Source: Octopus bimaculoides (Eukaryota). From it: DNA of 41,666 nt. Numbering within the stretch: the stretch's first letter is position 1; the number at the start of each line of letters is the position of its first letter. Positions 24,586 to 36,904 of this stretch are shown piece by piece. Location of the stretch: positions 91,056,371 through 91,098,036 of the forward strand of contig NC_068988.1 in NCBI RefSeq assembly GCF_001194135.2, written 5' to 3'. The notes under the pieces are model-generated. The model did no database searches. It was given only the letters and a program-made list of their open reading frames with translations, and was not told where the DNA came from. The translations under genes were made by a program, and so were the position numbers.

Positions 24586-25615
24586 NNNNNNNNNNNNNNN
24601 NNNNNNNNNNNNNNNNNNNNNNNNNNNNNNNNNNNNNNNNNNNNNNNNNNNNNNNNNNNNNNNNNNNNNNNNNNNNNNNNNNNNNNNNNNNNNNNNNNNN
24701 NNNNNNNNNNNNNNNNNNNNNNNNNNNNNNNNNNNNNNNNNNNNNNNNNNNNNNNNNNNNNNNNNNNNNNNNNNNNNNNNNNNNNNNNNNNNNNNNNNNN
24801 NNNNNNNNNNNNNNNNNNNNNNNNNNNNNNNNNNNNNNNNNNNNNNNNNNNNNNNNNNNNNNNNNNNNNNNNNNNNNNNNNNNNNNNNNNNNNNNNNNNN
24901 NNNNNNNNNNNNNNNNNNNNNNNNNNNNNNNNNNNNNNNNNNNNNNNNNNNNNNNNNNNNNNNNNNNNNNNNNNNNNNNNNNNNNNNNNNNNNNNNNNNN
25001 NNNNNNNNNNNNNNNNNNNNNNNNNNNNNNNNNNNNNNNNNNNNNNNNNNNNNNNNNNNNNNNNNNNNNNNNNNNNNNNNNNNNNNNNNNNNNNNNNNNN
25101 NNNNNNNNNNNNNNNNNNNNNNNNNNNNNNNNNNNNNNNNNNNNNNNNNNNNNNNNNNNNNNNNNNNNNNNNNNNNNNNNNNNNNNNNNNNNNNNNNNNN
25201 NNNNNNNNNNNNNNNNNNNNNNNNNNNNNNNNNNNNNNNNNNNNNNNNNNNNNNNNNNNNNNNNNNNNNNNNNNNNNNNNNNNNNNNNNNNNNNNNNNNN
25301 NNNNNNNNNNNNNNNNNNNNNNNNNNNNNNNNNNNNNNNNNNNNNNNNNNNNNNNNNNNNNNNNNNNNNNNNNNNNNNNNNNNNNNNNNNNNNNNNNNNN
25401 NNNNNNNNNNNNNNNNNNNNNNNNNNNNNNNNNNNNNTAAGAATATCTGACACTTATTCTGTAGAAATGATAAAACTCCGAGTTTCGGATGCCGGGGCGG
25501 AAACCCACGCCACCATCTCTTCAGTTATCTGGCCATTGAAAAATGCTTTGAAAATGACCGTTAAACAAAGGGAAATCACTGTGTGGTTGACCGTTATTAA
25601 GACAAAAGAGCTACA

Positions 25616-26145
25616 GACCGCTAAGTAAGGGGAGGGAGTAAAGGTAAGGGAGTAAAAATGTCCATAGTATTCGCGTAAGCGCACCAATCCGTACATTCGC
25701 CTATATGTATATACTCATCCACCCTTGCTTGAAACACACACATGTTCACCCACACGTTCGCCAAAAAGATACATATATATCAAGGAGATCTTGTGCATCT
25801 GAAACCCGAGTGTCTCCTTGGTCAGCTGAAAGCAGTTTTTGCATAAACTTGGCAGATACGCGTCTCAAAGCCAAATCTTCTGTGATAATGGACTGAACTG
25901 AACCGTAACTAAACTGCACATCCTCTGATGACTCACGGTTGGTTATTCGACGATTTCCCTTCACAGCTGCGCGCTCATCTACGATGTTTTTCTGTTCTGC
26001 TGATTTCAGGTCTCCCAGAAAGTTCGTCACTATCAACATCTTTTCGGCTCATACACCTCTCCACTTTCTGCAACTTTCCGTAGGCCTTCGAGCAGTTATC
26101 TCCAAGCTTTTGACAAAATTTGATCCAGATTCATGGTCAATGCGA

Positions 26146-26186
<41 letters not shown>

Positions 26187-26675
26187 CGCATACACGGGTA
26201 TACCCGCATACACACCCACGCACACACGCGCGGATACGAGCGTGTGCGCGGGCACTTGCGTATATAAATGTATGTGCGTACATGCGAGAGTATGCGCATA
26301 TAGACGCGTTTTACCCTTATAGCTTTTTCACACTTTTTTTCTGTATTTTGCTTTTAGCCCTATTTTGTNNNNNNNNNNNNNNNNNNNNNNNNNNNNNNNN
26401 NNNNNNNNNNNNNNNNNNNNNNNNNNNNNNNNNNNNNNNNNNNNNNNNNNNNNNNNNNNNNNNNNNNNNNNNNNNNNNNNNNNNNNNNNNNNNNNNNNNN
26501 NNNNNNNNNNNNNNNNNNNNNNNNNNNNNNNNNNNNNNNNNNNNNNNNNNNNNNNNGTGCGAATATTGACGTGTGTATGAAATTTTTTTGCGTGCGTGTG
26601 TATGGGTGCGAGGGTGTTGCACGCGTGTGTGTGGGTGTGTATGCGGGTATACCCGTCATTGCGTGTATATATCTA

Positions 26676-26718
<43 letters not shown>

Positions 26719-26867
26719 TTGGCGAACGTGTGGGTGAACATGTGTGTGTTTCAAGCGAGGGTGGTTTAGTATATACATATAGGCGCATGTACGGATTGGT
26801 GCGCTTACGCGAATACTATGGACTTTTTTACTCCCTTACCTTTTCTCCCTCCCCTTACTTAGCGGTC
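25616..26867. mobile_element. Foldback/long-TIR element
   Basis: Outer arms 25616-25770 and 26717-26867 (GACCGCTAAGTAAGGGGAGGGAG...) are reverse complements; inner arms ~26185-26230 and ~26620-26655 are also inverted. Confidence 0.85.
25790..26140 (-). mobile_element. Mariner transposase N-terminal fragment inside the foldback left arm
   Basis: IVDERAAVKGNRRITNRE...YGSVQSIITEDLALRRVSAKFMQKLLS, a decayed version of the mariner HTH/WVP linker. Confidence 0.8.
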
Positions 26868-26869
26868 TA

Positions 26870-28230
26870 CTTATGTGCCAACCACGTTCCCCATTGGGAA
26901 ATAGTATTGGATAAATCATAGGATCTGAATGCTGCGATAGATACGATATTTGTTGTCTTTGTTCACCTCGTGGATATATAACTATATCACGATAAACTGG
27001 AGGTGCACCATGTTCACCTACAAATATAGCTGCAATTTCATTATTTACTGGGTTATCGTATCTCCTGGCATCTGGGCCTGATATGAAATGTATAGTTACT
27101 TTCTTCGGATTAACATTTTCTCTGGCTGCTATTTCTTCTTCTTGTTCAACAGTGCGCATATTTAAATGTGATGCAGTATATGGATCATTCAACGTGACTG
27201 AAGAAATCTTTTCCATTACTGACTGCATGCAATTAATATTTTCAGGCACTTCAGCTCTTGTTTGTAAGGCCTCTTTAGAATCAACAATATAGAGTTGAGC
27301 ATGTCTTCTGGGTTCATTGTTTTCAGGATGTAAGTTGCTTGCGTGATGATAGACTTGTCTTTGCAAGTGGAAACAGTATGGACCACGACCAGGGGGTGAT
27401 GTAACATTGGCTCCAAATGGGGCGAATGAATACATTGAATTATAGTTTCTGATGTTCTATCTAAAGTTCATTCCTTCAATGTCAGTATTCTCCAAAAGTT
27501 GTCTTAACTGGTCAGGAAATTCTTGTAGATTCGGCAAAGAAACCTTACCATTATGGCAACAATTAATTGCTTACTGCGGAAATCTACGTGCATGACAGTG
27601 CGGGCATATGTTCATCTCACCAATCGTAAATTGAGAATTTTGCTGTTCTTTTATTATATTCCATCTTCTTATTTGAGCTCTGTCTATCATAAGATAGTTC
27701 TGTGTTTCAGCTTCTTCCATATTTTTGCTTCTTTCTTGAACTCTGTTTCCCATATCTTGAAAGTAATTCTGCCTTTCATCTTCGTCCATATGTTGCCTTC
27801 TGTTTTGAACTCTGTTTCTCATATTTTCTAAGTACAGCTGCCTTTGCTCTTGACTCATATGTACTCGATTCTGTTGATTTCTATCCCTCTTATTTTGAAA
27901 ATACACTTCTCTTTGGTCCTGGCTCGTTGTTCTATCCTTTGGTGATTTAATCCCCTCCTATCCCGTAGGACACGCTCCCTCTCCTCTTGAGTTATTTCGC
28001 TTTTTGTGTGTCTCGTCCTCGCGCGATTTTTGTTCCTTATTTCTTCCTGCTGGTCCTCGCGCAATCGTTCTCCCTCACGTGCTACGTCTCTCATGTGATT
28101 ATCCATATTTTAAATCTTGCTATTAAAACAATAAATTTCCAAAATGATTCACAGTGTTTCAACTGGAAAACATATACGAATGTATTAGTGTTTATTTCCA
28201 CCACGCGACACTTATTATCGCAAACATGTT
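26870..28230 (-). mobile_element. Helitron B: 5' part of RepHel from a different family than Helitron A, truncated at the foldback element
   Basis: Charged ~22-aa repeats (RQLYLENMRNRVQ / RQNYFQDMGNRVQ), CPHCHARRF, CCHNGKVSLP, YNSMYSFAPFGA, HAQLYIVD, RRYDNP..NEIAAIF, DPMIYPILFPNGERGW. Confidence 0.9.
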
Positions 28231-28264
28231 TTAACTAACCTAAACTATACACACACACAAATAA

Positions 28265-28390
<126 letters not shown>

Positions 28391-29075
28391 TGTGTGTGTC
28401 TGTGTATTTCCTTTAGTTTTTGTTTACTTACACACATCAAGTAAGTGTGACGCACAAAACATGTATGAACAAAAGCAAGAAGTTAGCGTATTAATATTAT
28501 TGATACTACGTCAGCTCCACTGTTTGTTTGACCAGTCCTGCGTTATCAATGTATGATTTGGAATATCAGTTGTCCTCTGTTCACCCAATAGACAAAAACG
28601 AGTATTTAGACGGAATGAGTACCTACTTAACGTCCAGTTGTCGCAGCAAAATTAACGAGTCAAAATGCCTTCAGGACGAAAGAGGGATGCATTTAGCAAA
28701 AGACTGCTATATCATGCTTATATTCAGTAAGCCTCTGAGTCATTCTCGTCAAGGTCAAAACAGGCCTGTCATTGTTACCATGTAGTACATTTCAATTAAT
28801 GAATGCTTTCTTTATGCTGTGTATATTGACTATTCTTGTTGTGACTGTGTATTGTATGTGTAAAGAATCATTTATTCATTGAAGGATTGCATGTACTAGA
28901 ACAGAAATAATGGCGACTCTTTAGACGGGGTTCTTCTCTGAGGTCGATTCAAGTGGATTTCCTTCCGAACATGGTGTTGTTCATTTGTGACTGAGTGAAT
29001 ATATTGTTTGATTCTGCTGATATTTCCATAATGCTGTAGTGTTGTGTTGGCAGTGAAATTAGTATATTGAATATA

Positions 29076-29266
29076 CGAGGTGGTGCTGAAAAGTTCCTGG
29101 TTGAAGGTCCAACCTTCCGAGTTCTTTTACAGGGCTTAGAAAAACTGAAGAGCCGCTGCAATAAGTGTGTGAATCTGAGAGGGGAATATGTTCAATAAAA
29201 TCCTAATTAACTGATCCTCCTGTATTTTCTTTTACCCAAAGTCAGGAACTTTTCAATACCCTCTCG
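29076..29266 (+). mobile_element. 191-bp non-autonomous mariner derivative
   Basis: TA-CGAGGTGGTGCTGAAAAGTTCCTGG / CAGGAACTTTTCAATACCCTCTCG-TA; retains the transposase C-terminus FLQGLEKLKSRCNKCVNLRGEYVQ*. Confidence 0.9.
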
Positions 29267-29429
29267 TATATTATATTTCTTTATTGTATAGAGGGAATCT
29301 TACGAGGAATATTTTTATTGCCTAAGTTGTTTTTACTGATTTGTGAAGTTTATGTGCAGAATATGTAGAGTATAGGTTATTTTATTACATTTAGTATGTC
29401 TTATGTAAATTATGTTTTTCGATATGCTT

Positions 29430-29610
29430 CATGATATTTCTTCTGGCTCTACATTCTGTGATCAAATTCCGGCGAGGACAACTTTATTTTTATCCCTCCG
29501 AAGTCGATAAAATACGGTACCAGTTAAGTACTAATACGTTGATGGTATCCACTAACCCCTCTCTTCGAAATTACTGGCTTTCAGTCTATATCAGAAACTA
29601 TTAATTAAGA
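29430..29610 (+). mobile_element. Partial, old copy of a third tRNA-SINE family (see 34297, 35716, 40689)
   Basis: TACATTCTG..ATCAAATTCCGGCGAGG...GTCGATAAAAT..GTACCAGTT body. Confidence 0.6.
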
Positions 29611-29751
29611 AAATATTTCCAATTTTGCCCGTAATTTTGAGATTATTAACATCCTTAAGAAAACATCCAGGTTTTATAGCCAAAGCATAGCTCATTGACT
29701 CTCATTAAATCCAGAATATTTAAAGTAGAAATAAAAATACTTCATTATATA

Positions 29752-30136
29752 GGCGCAGACATTGCTGTGTGGTAAGAAGTTTACTTATCAAACACATGGT
29801 TCCGGGTTCCATCCCACCTTTCGCACCTATTTTCTACTATAGCCTCGGACCGACTACAGTCTTGTGAGTGGATTTGGTAGACGGAAACTGAAAGAAGCCC
29901 ATCGTACATGTACATATGTGTTTGTGCGTGCGTCTTTGTCACCACCACTGCTTGACAACCGGTGTTGGTGTGTTTATGTGCCCGTAACTTAGCGGTTCGG
30001 CAAAAGAGTCCGATAGAATAAGTATTAGGCTTTAAAAGAATGAGTACTAGGGTTGATCCGTTGGACTGAAATTCTTCAAGGTGGTGTCCCAGCATGGCTG
30101 TAGTCTAATGATTGAAGCAAGTAAAAGAATAAAGGA
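29752..30136 (+). mobile_element. CORE-type SINE, older copy
   Basis: Colinear with 30494-30920 (GCTGTGTGGTAAG, GGTTCCGGGTTC, GTGAGTGGATTTGGTAGACGGAAACTGAAAGAAGCC). Confidence 0.85.
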
Positions 30137-30493
30137 ATAGATCGTATTTATTACTCAATCTGTTCTATAAAGTGTCAGATAATTTCCCTCGTACATTAAT
30201 TCCTGTAAGATTTATTATAGATATCAAATCTTTGATTTTCTTTTTTCTTGCGTTTTTTTTTTTATTTTCAATTTTTTTATTTTCTAATTTGATGTCTCTA
30301 CTAAGAAGAGGAATGTGTGCTTCTGATGACACTGAAACGGATGAGATAAAAATAAAGATGAAATTAAGTCCGTTCTGTTGTTATACCGACGTGTACTCAT
30401 TAATAGACTAATAGTTCTCAAATTTTCTCAAATATTGTTAAAAATGTGTATGGATCCCTAAAGGCTTTTTTTATATTTCTATGTTGATAAAGT

Positions 30494-30649
30494 GGAGTGG
30501 CTGTGTGGTAAGTAGCTTGCTTACCAACCATATGGTTCCGGGTTCATTCCCACTGTGTGGCACCTTGGGCAAGTGTCTTCTACTATAGCCTCGGGCCGAC
30601 CAAAGCCTTGTGAGTGGATTTGGTAGACGGAAACTGAAAGAAGCCTGTC

Positions 30650-30693
<44 letters not shown>

Positions 30694-30920
30694 GTGTATA
30701 TGTTTGTGTGTTTGTGTTTGTCCTCCCAACATCGCTTGACAACTAATGGTGGTGTGTTTACGTCCCCGTAACTTAGTGGTTCGGCAAAAGAGACCGATAG
30801 AATAAGTACTAGGCTTTCAAAGAATAAGTCCCGGAGTCGATTTGCTCGACTAAAGGCGGTGCTCCAGCATGGCCGCAGTCAAATGACTGAAACAAGTAAA
30901 AGAGTAAAAGAGTAAAAGAG
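30494..30920 (+). mobile_element. CORE-type SINE, near full length
   Basis: tRNA-like head, GCACCTTGGGCAAGTGTCTT core, (TA)n, (GTAAAAGA)3 tail. Confidence 0.9.
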
Positions 30921-31433
30921 TTTCAGAAAAGTAAAGGAGTGTCAGAAAAAGTCAGTGACGATTGGCCCTACCGCTTCATTTTGGTACAAAACCCTTTAAA
31001 ATTTGATGTAAAGAGAGAAAGTAGAATTCTCTTGTTTGTCTTGGCATTTTGTCTAACCATACAATGGTTACATTGTTTTGCAGATCGGAAATCCTATTTC
31101 ACATAACACGTGGCTCGAAATGGGAGTAGTGCTTTAAAAGCACTTTCTGTGGATATCATCAGTTTGTCATCATCACCTACACAATCGGCGCCACCGCCTC
31201 CGCCACCGCCTCCGCCACCCACAACAATCATCACGCTCTTCAAAATCGTCTTTGTCCTCGTCGCCGTCATCATCCTCCTCCTCCTCCTCCTCATCATCAT
31301 CATCATAGTGTGTTTGTATTTTTTGTAGAACATTGGCTTTTGACAAGTCTCCTAATGCTCTCTGTTCCGTGATTTTCTTTTCACGTGCTTCCATATCATT
31401 CCATCGTGTTCTTCATCTCATTCCTCTTTTGCC

Positions 31434-31491
31434 ATGTGATTCTAGCCTCGTTATCCATGTGATTCTAGCCTCGTTATCCATGTGATTCTTC
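31434..31491. repeat. 23-bp tandem repeat, about 2.5 copies
   Basis: CCATGTGATTCTAGCCTCGTTAT repeated. Confidence 0.85.
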
Positions 31492-32095
31492 ACATGTGAT
31501 TTTCGGACGTCTCCCCTGGGTTCCAGTCCCAAGTTGCTTTCACTTCTTCTCCAGTAATACTAATTGTAGCAAAAGAAATGATAATACTCCCATTTGTGTA
31601 ATTCAAAACAATACACTCGCTCGTTAATACAGATTTGATTTCTTCGCTTCAGCTAAATGTGTGTAACGTCATTGTTATTGTTTTCGGTTACATTATCGAT
31701 CAAAAGTTCCATACTGACGTTTTTTAACAGTTGTAGAGTTTACTTTTCATGTGGAATGCACAATTCGAGCTGTGAAATTAAATATGTTCTTTTTCGATTG
31801 GTTGTATAATTAGTTCCCTATGCATTTAAATAATTGTTCATATTTTCGAAGGGTCATTTTTCTGGCGAGAACACATTTTGAGCTTAAATTTTAACAGGAA
31901 GAGGAAAATAATATGTCCACAGATATTAAATCTTATATCTTCTCGGTATAGGGTGGACGTACATCTTCCACTGGGTTCTCTGTCCGAATATTACCCCAAA
32001 ACAAACATTCTCTTTCAGTTGTGCTTGATAAAATATCCTTAATCTTTCGTGTAAGGTGGAAACGTATCTGATCGCAGGAACATTCATTAATGATA

Positions 32096-32181
<86 letters not shown>

Positions 32182-32196
32182 AATAATAATAATAAT

Positions 32197-32460
32197 AAAA
32201 CGATTCCTATCATAGTAGGTGCCTTAGGTATAATAAAAAAATATTCAGACAAATACATAACAAAAACACCAGGACTTACAAATATATGTAACATACAGAA
32301 AATTGCACTACTGGGCACTGCACACATCCTACGCAAAACACTTTCAATACAGCAACCATAAGAGCGTCACAGCAAACCACAGCACATATCGAAGACACAC
32401 AGAGCTGCGCTCGGTAGTGAAGTGAAAGCACGTTATAAAAATAAAACTACTGAACAATAA
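32197..32460 (+). mobile_element. 5'-truncated R4/Dong-like LINE 3' end inside (AAT/GAT)n repeats
   Basis: KTIPIIVGALGIIKK...IQKIALLGTAHILRKTLS, 3' UTR, (AAT)n on both sides. Confidence 0.85.
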
Positions 32461-32494
32461 TAATAATAATAATAATAATAGTAATAATAAGCTG

Positions 32495-33625
32495 GTATTC
32501 AATGCCTGATCCTGCGCAGCGATGACTAGGCTTTCAGTCTTCTTCTTTAGGTCACCCTTGCTGAGGCACCTCCATGATGTTTCCTGGTCTTTTAATTACA
32601 TGAAACTGACCATGTAATTCCATGCAGAGTAGAATTTCTTCTCTCTCGGCTATTCGTGTTTGGAACTGATTAGCACTCTCACGTCCATTTTTGGTAAATC
32701 CTTCTGCATTAACAGCATACTGCAGCAGGTATTGTTTGCTGTTTACCAAGTATTGTTACGTTTCTTCTTTCACTGCTGATGCACTCCCTTACGCTAGTTA
32801 ACCCACGTTCAACTTTACATCTCTTCGTGTAGAGCCTGTGTACGTTCATATTAGAGTGGAGGGCGCCATGCATTGTCATCGTCTTTTAGGTAGTGCGATC
32901 GAGTTGGTTAATTTTCGCTCGTTTCCATTTCAGGATGGGTGCCCTATAGAGGACTACGGCAACAGCCTATATGTTGATGGCATTCACATGGTTCCCTGAG
33001 TTGAATTTTTATTTCAAGAGAAAGTTAAGGCGCCCAAAATATGCAGCGATGACCTTGTCTTTCATTTCTCTGTGCAAGATATTGTCCAGCTCCAGGATCT
33101 CAAGGTACATGTACCCATCATCATCCGGGTCTTCCATTCTCTCTCCGTTTGACAATTCTATGCCCTTACAATCTACTCTTTTCCCCCGTTTCACAGTGAG
33201 CACCGCACATTTCAAGATACCAAATTCCATCTTTATATCCTTTGGGGTTTGGGTAATTCACCTCTAGACACGTGGGTATTTCGTTCAATATCCTCAAACA
33301 ACCCTTAATCAGAGACCTTTTGAGTGGGATGGGATACTCGACCTGAAGAAAATTCTAACTGGGTCCCACCTGCAAGGTCATGCGCTGTTTATCTTGATAT
33401 GAGATCACTATGTCGCGTACACACGTTTGTGATGCTTGCGCCTGGTGTACCGTTATCAAACGAGTAATCTCTATATCCAACCTTTCCATTTCAGGTACTG
33501 TTTTTGCGAACAATTTTAAATCATCCATGAAGAGAAGGTGGATGAGACGAGGTCAATTCTTTCTCGACTCATAGTGCGCGATGACTTTGCGTAGGACTAC
33601 AGAAAGTGGGAGCAAGGCTTTAACA
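32495..33625 (-). mobile_element. R4/Dong-like LINE RT/thumb region interrupted by a 231-bp insertion
   Basis: HLLFMDDLKLFAKTVPEMERL, DIKMEFGILKCAVL, YMYLEILE, AINI*AVAVV, HGALH. Confidence 0.85.
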
Positions 33626-33663
<38 letters not shown>

Positions 33664-33664
<1 letters not shown>

Positions 33665-34225
33665 GAGTGAGCGAGCAGTGCATGCAATTCAAAATGACAC
33701 TGGGGCAAAATATACGAAGCCCAGTACACCCATTATGATTACTCGTCTGATAACGGTACACCAGGCGCAAGCATCACAAACGTGTGTACGCGACTTAGTG
33801 ATCTCATATCAAGATAAACAGCGCATGACCTCGCAGGTGGGGCCCAGTTAGAATTTTCCTCAGGTCGAGTATCCCATCCCACTCAAAAGGTCTCTGAATA
33901 AGGGTTGTTTGATGATATTGAACGAAATACTCACGTGTCTAGAGGTGAATTATTCAAACCCCCAAAGAACACCTCTCAAAGCATGGCTATGATGCACTCC
34001 CACTACTTCTGCTCGTGATCAGAGATGCACCTATTGTCAGCTACTAAGGGACATGCTCAACTGCTTAAAGTCAAACAAGTGACAAGCAAATCTGTGGTAT
34101 TGAGCAGAATATTTGCTGTAGCCCATCTTTTATACCAAGACAAAACAATGTACATGATAACATTTCCAATCAGTTAAGATAAAAAATCATGAGAGCCACT
34201 GCCTGGTACTGCATCAGGGCATTTA
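33664..34225. mobile_element. ~560-bp non-coding interspersed element flanked by (TTA)n repeats
   Basis: Sharp boundaries at trinucleotide arrays; 33737-33967 is present as an inverted copy at 33241-33471. Confidence 0.6.
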
Positions 34226-34296
34226 TTACAGTAATTATTATCATTGTTGTTGTTGTTGTTGTTATTATTATTATTATTATTGATCTCGTTGTTATT

Positions 34297-34485
34297 GTGG
34301 TTAGTATGATGGACAAAATGCTTAGCGGCATTTCGTCCGCCATTACGTTCTGGGTATAAATTCCGCCAAGTTCTACTTCGCTTTCATCCCTTGAGGTTGA
34401 TAAAGTAACAGTTACGTACTGGGGTCGATGTAATCGCCTAGACTTTTCCTCCAAAATTTCAGGCCTTGTACCTATAGTAGAAAGG

Positions 34486-34490
<5 letters not shown>
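34297..34490 (+). mobile_element. tRNA-derived SINE (third family) ending in (ATT)n
   Basis: GGACAAAATGCTTAGCGGCATTTCG...AATTTCAGGCCTTGT...AGAAAGGATT(ATT)n; homologous to 35716 and 40689. Confidence 0.8.
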
Positions 34491-34545
<55 letters not shown>

Positions 34546-34546
34546 T

Positions 34547-34577
<31 letters not shown>

Positions 34578-34595
34578 TTATTATTAGTATTATTA

Positions 34596-34642
<47 letters not shown>

Positions 34643-35257
34643 ATTTTNNNNNNNNNNNNNNNNNNNNNNNNNNNNNNNNNNNNNNNNNNNNNNNNNNNNN
34701 NNNNNNNNNNNNNNNNNNNNNNNNNNNNNNNNNNNNNNNNNNNNNNNNNNNNNNNNNNNNNNNNNNNNNNNNNNNNNNNNNNNNNNNNNNNNNNNNNNNN
34801 NNNNNNNNNNNNNNNNNNNNNNNNNNNNNNNNNNNNNNNNNNNNNNNNNNNNNNNNNNNNNNNNNNNNNNNNNNNNNNNNNNNNNNNNNNNNNNNNNNNN
34901 NNNNNNNNNNNNNNNNNNNNNNNNNNNNNNNNNNNNNNNNNNNNNNNNNNNNNNNNNNNNNNNNNNNNNNNNNNNNNNNNNNNNNNNNNNNNNNNNNNNN
35001 NNNNNNNNNNNNNNNNNNNNNNNNNNNNNNNNNNNNNNNNNNNNNNNNNNNNNNNNNNNNNNNNNNNNNNNNNNNNNNNNNNNNNNNNNNNNNNNNNNNN
35101 NNNNNNNNNNNNNNNNNNNNNNNNNNNNNNNNNNNNNNNNNNNNNNNNNNNNNNNNNNNNNNNNNNNNNNNNNNNNNNNNNNNNNNNNNNNNNNNNNNNN
35201 NNNNNNNNNNNNNNNNNNNNNNNNNNNNNNNNNNNNNNNNNNNNNNNNNNNNNNNNN

Positions 35258-35660
35258 GGACAAGCCTGGACTAGTGGTGTACATTGACTGGTAATATGCC
35301 ATACGGTTTCACCGTTTTGTCCACAGATTCAGCACTTATCACTTTCTGCTGTGTTGTATATTCTGTATATTATGTAGTTTGTTCTTAGTGCTTGCTCTTG
35401 GGCAGCACAGATTAGAGACTCCGTTTCCAGTTTTAAATCACTTTTAGTCATTCACAGCCATCTTTTTTCTCTATCTGTCTTATCATCAACATCCCTGTGA
35501 AATTGACCATGCATTCTTTTCTTTACCCACCGATTTTCAGTTTCATTCGTTTTCAATTTCTTGTGTAGTGCTTTATCTTTGCAATCTTTCACCCTACACA
35601 AGCCTGACCTTCTTACTTCTAATAATAGGGGTTCTGTGGCATTTTTTTTACATACCATGC
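35258..35660 (-). mobile_element. R4/Dong-like LINE fragment (pre-zinc-knuckle and zinc knuckle)
   Basis: KRMHGQFHR, DLKLETESLICAAQEQALRTNY, KC*ICGQNGETVWHITSQC. Confidence 0.85.
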
Positions 35661-35715
35661 TATGTTGTTTTCTTCTGCTCTAAGGCTGGGTTCGCATCCA
35701 ATAAGCCCTCTTCCC

Positions 35716-35935
35716 AAGGCGATGAGCTGACATAATCATAGGCACGCCGGGAAAATGCTTAGCGGGATTTCGTTCGTCTTTACGTTCTGGGTTCAAACTT
35801 CGCCGAAGTCGACTTTGACTTTCATTCTTTCGGGGTCGATGAAATAAATACCAGTTGGTCAATGGAGCCAATGTAATCGACTAGCAACCATCTCCGAAAC
35901 CGCTGGTCATTTGCCAAAATTTGAAACCATCATCA
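35716..35935 (+). mobile_element. tRNA-derived SINE (third family)
   Basis: AAGGCGATGAGCTGAC...GGGTTCAAACTTCGCC...GGGGTCGAT. Confidence 0.8.
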
Positions 35936-36178
35936 TCATTATTGCTAAGAACGGTGTAATGGAATAATCGTTACAGCGTCGGAGAAACCGCTATGCAGTA
36001 TCTGAGTTCTTTACTTTCTGACTTTAAATCCCGCTTTGGACTTGATAAAAAAAAGTACCAATTGACACCTTCCTCTCAAAACTACGGGCCTAAATCAGAA
36101 GCAATTTTATTGTAAGAATCGTTAGAGCTTCGGTGAAGATACCTCATGGCATTTATTTTGGCTCTTTACGTTCTCTGA

Positions 36179-36243
<65 letters not shown>

Positions 36244-36258
36244 GTTTTCCATTTTCAG

Positions 36259-36402
36259 AGGAGAAATTATACGACGTATTCATTTCGTATAAATCTTCGA
36301 CTACAGACGAATCTTGGGTGAAAAACATTCTGTTTCCGAAAATCGAAGATGACATGGGGCTGAAAGCATGTATTCACTTTCGGGACTTCGTCCCGGGTGA
36401 GA
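36259..36402 (+). CDS. Coding exon 3 of the EGF-TM-TIR receptor: N-terminal half of the TIR domain
   Basis: TTTTCCATTTTCAG|AG acceptor and GAGA|GTAAGT donor; 144 nt, phase 1-1; (E)EKLYDVFISYKSSTTDESWVKNILFPKIEDDMGLKACIHFRDFVPGE = TIR box 1 plus BB loop. Confidence 0.92.
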
Positions 36403-36904
36403 GTAAGTATCGATCTGTCTTCATCGTTCATCGACTTTCGAATAATGTTGCTCTAGTGTGAGTGGAATATACCAGTTTAGAGATAACATTGATGATCATT
36501 TTTTACGATGTATGTGTGTGGTAAGTTAGAGGGGATCAGTTACATCAAGATAAATTTGGTGACATATCACCTGAAAATATTCCGAGGTGTATCGCCTGAA
36601 GAAATGACAATTTGAGAAAAATAAGAATTTGCAGAATGTTACATATTGAGTTACATAATTGTACTCGTGTTTTGAAAAAATATGCTCTGAAAGCATATAA
36701 ACTGTTATTTAAAACTATAAAGCCAGAGTACTCTCAATTTTTTCTGGCGAAAAATACTATCCAAATTCTTGAAACTCGCATCTAGATAGGAAATGGAATA
36801 GAAGAAGGCATTGCAGCATTCAAATTTATTGAAACTCAAAAATAAATTAGATAATAATTCAAAATAAAAAAATATAGAGAGCCAGAAATCCCTGTTCAAA
36901 TCTA

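Noticed and set aside
34200-34221. Resemblance of the hairpin loop ATGCAGTAC to U2 snRNA stem-loop IV
   Set aside because: The match is only about 8 nt and there is no other U2 similarity; chance is likely.
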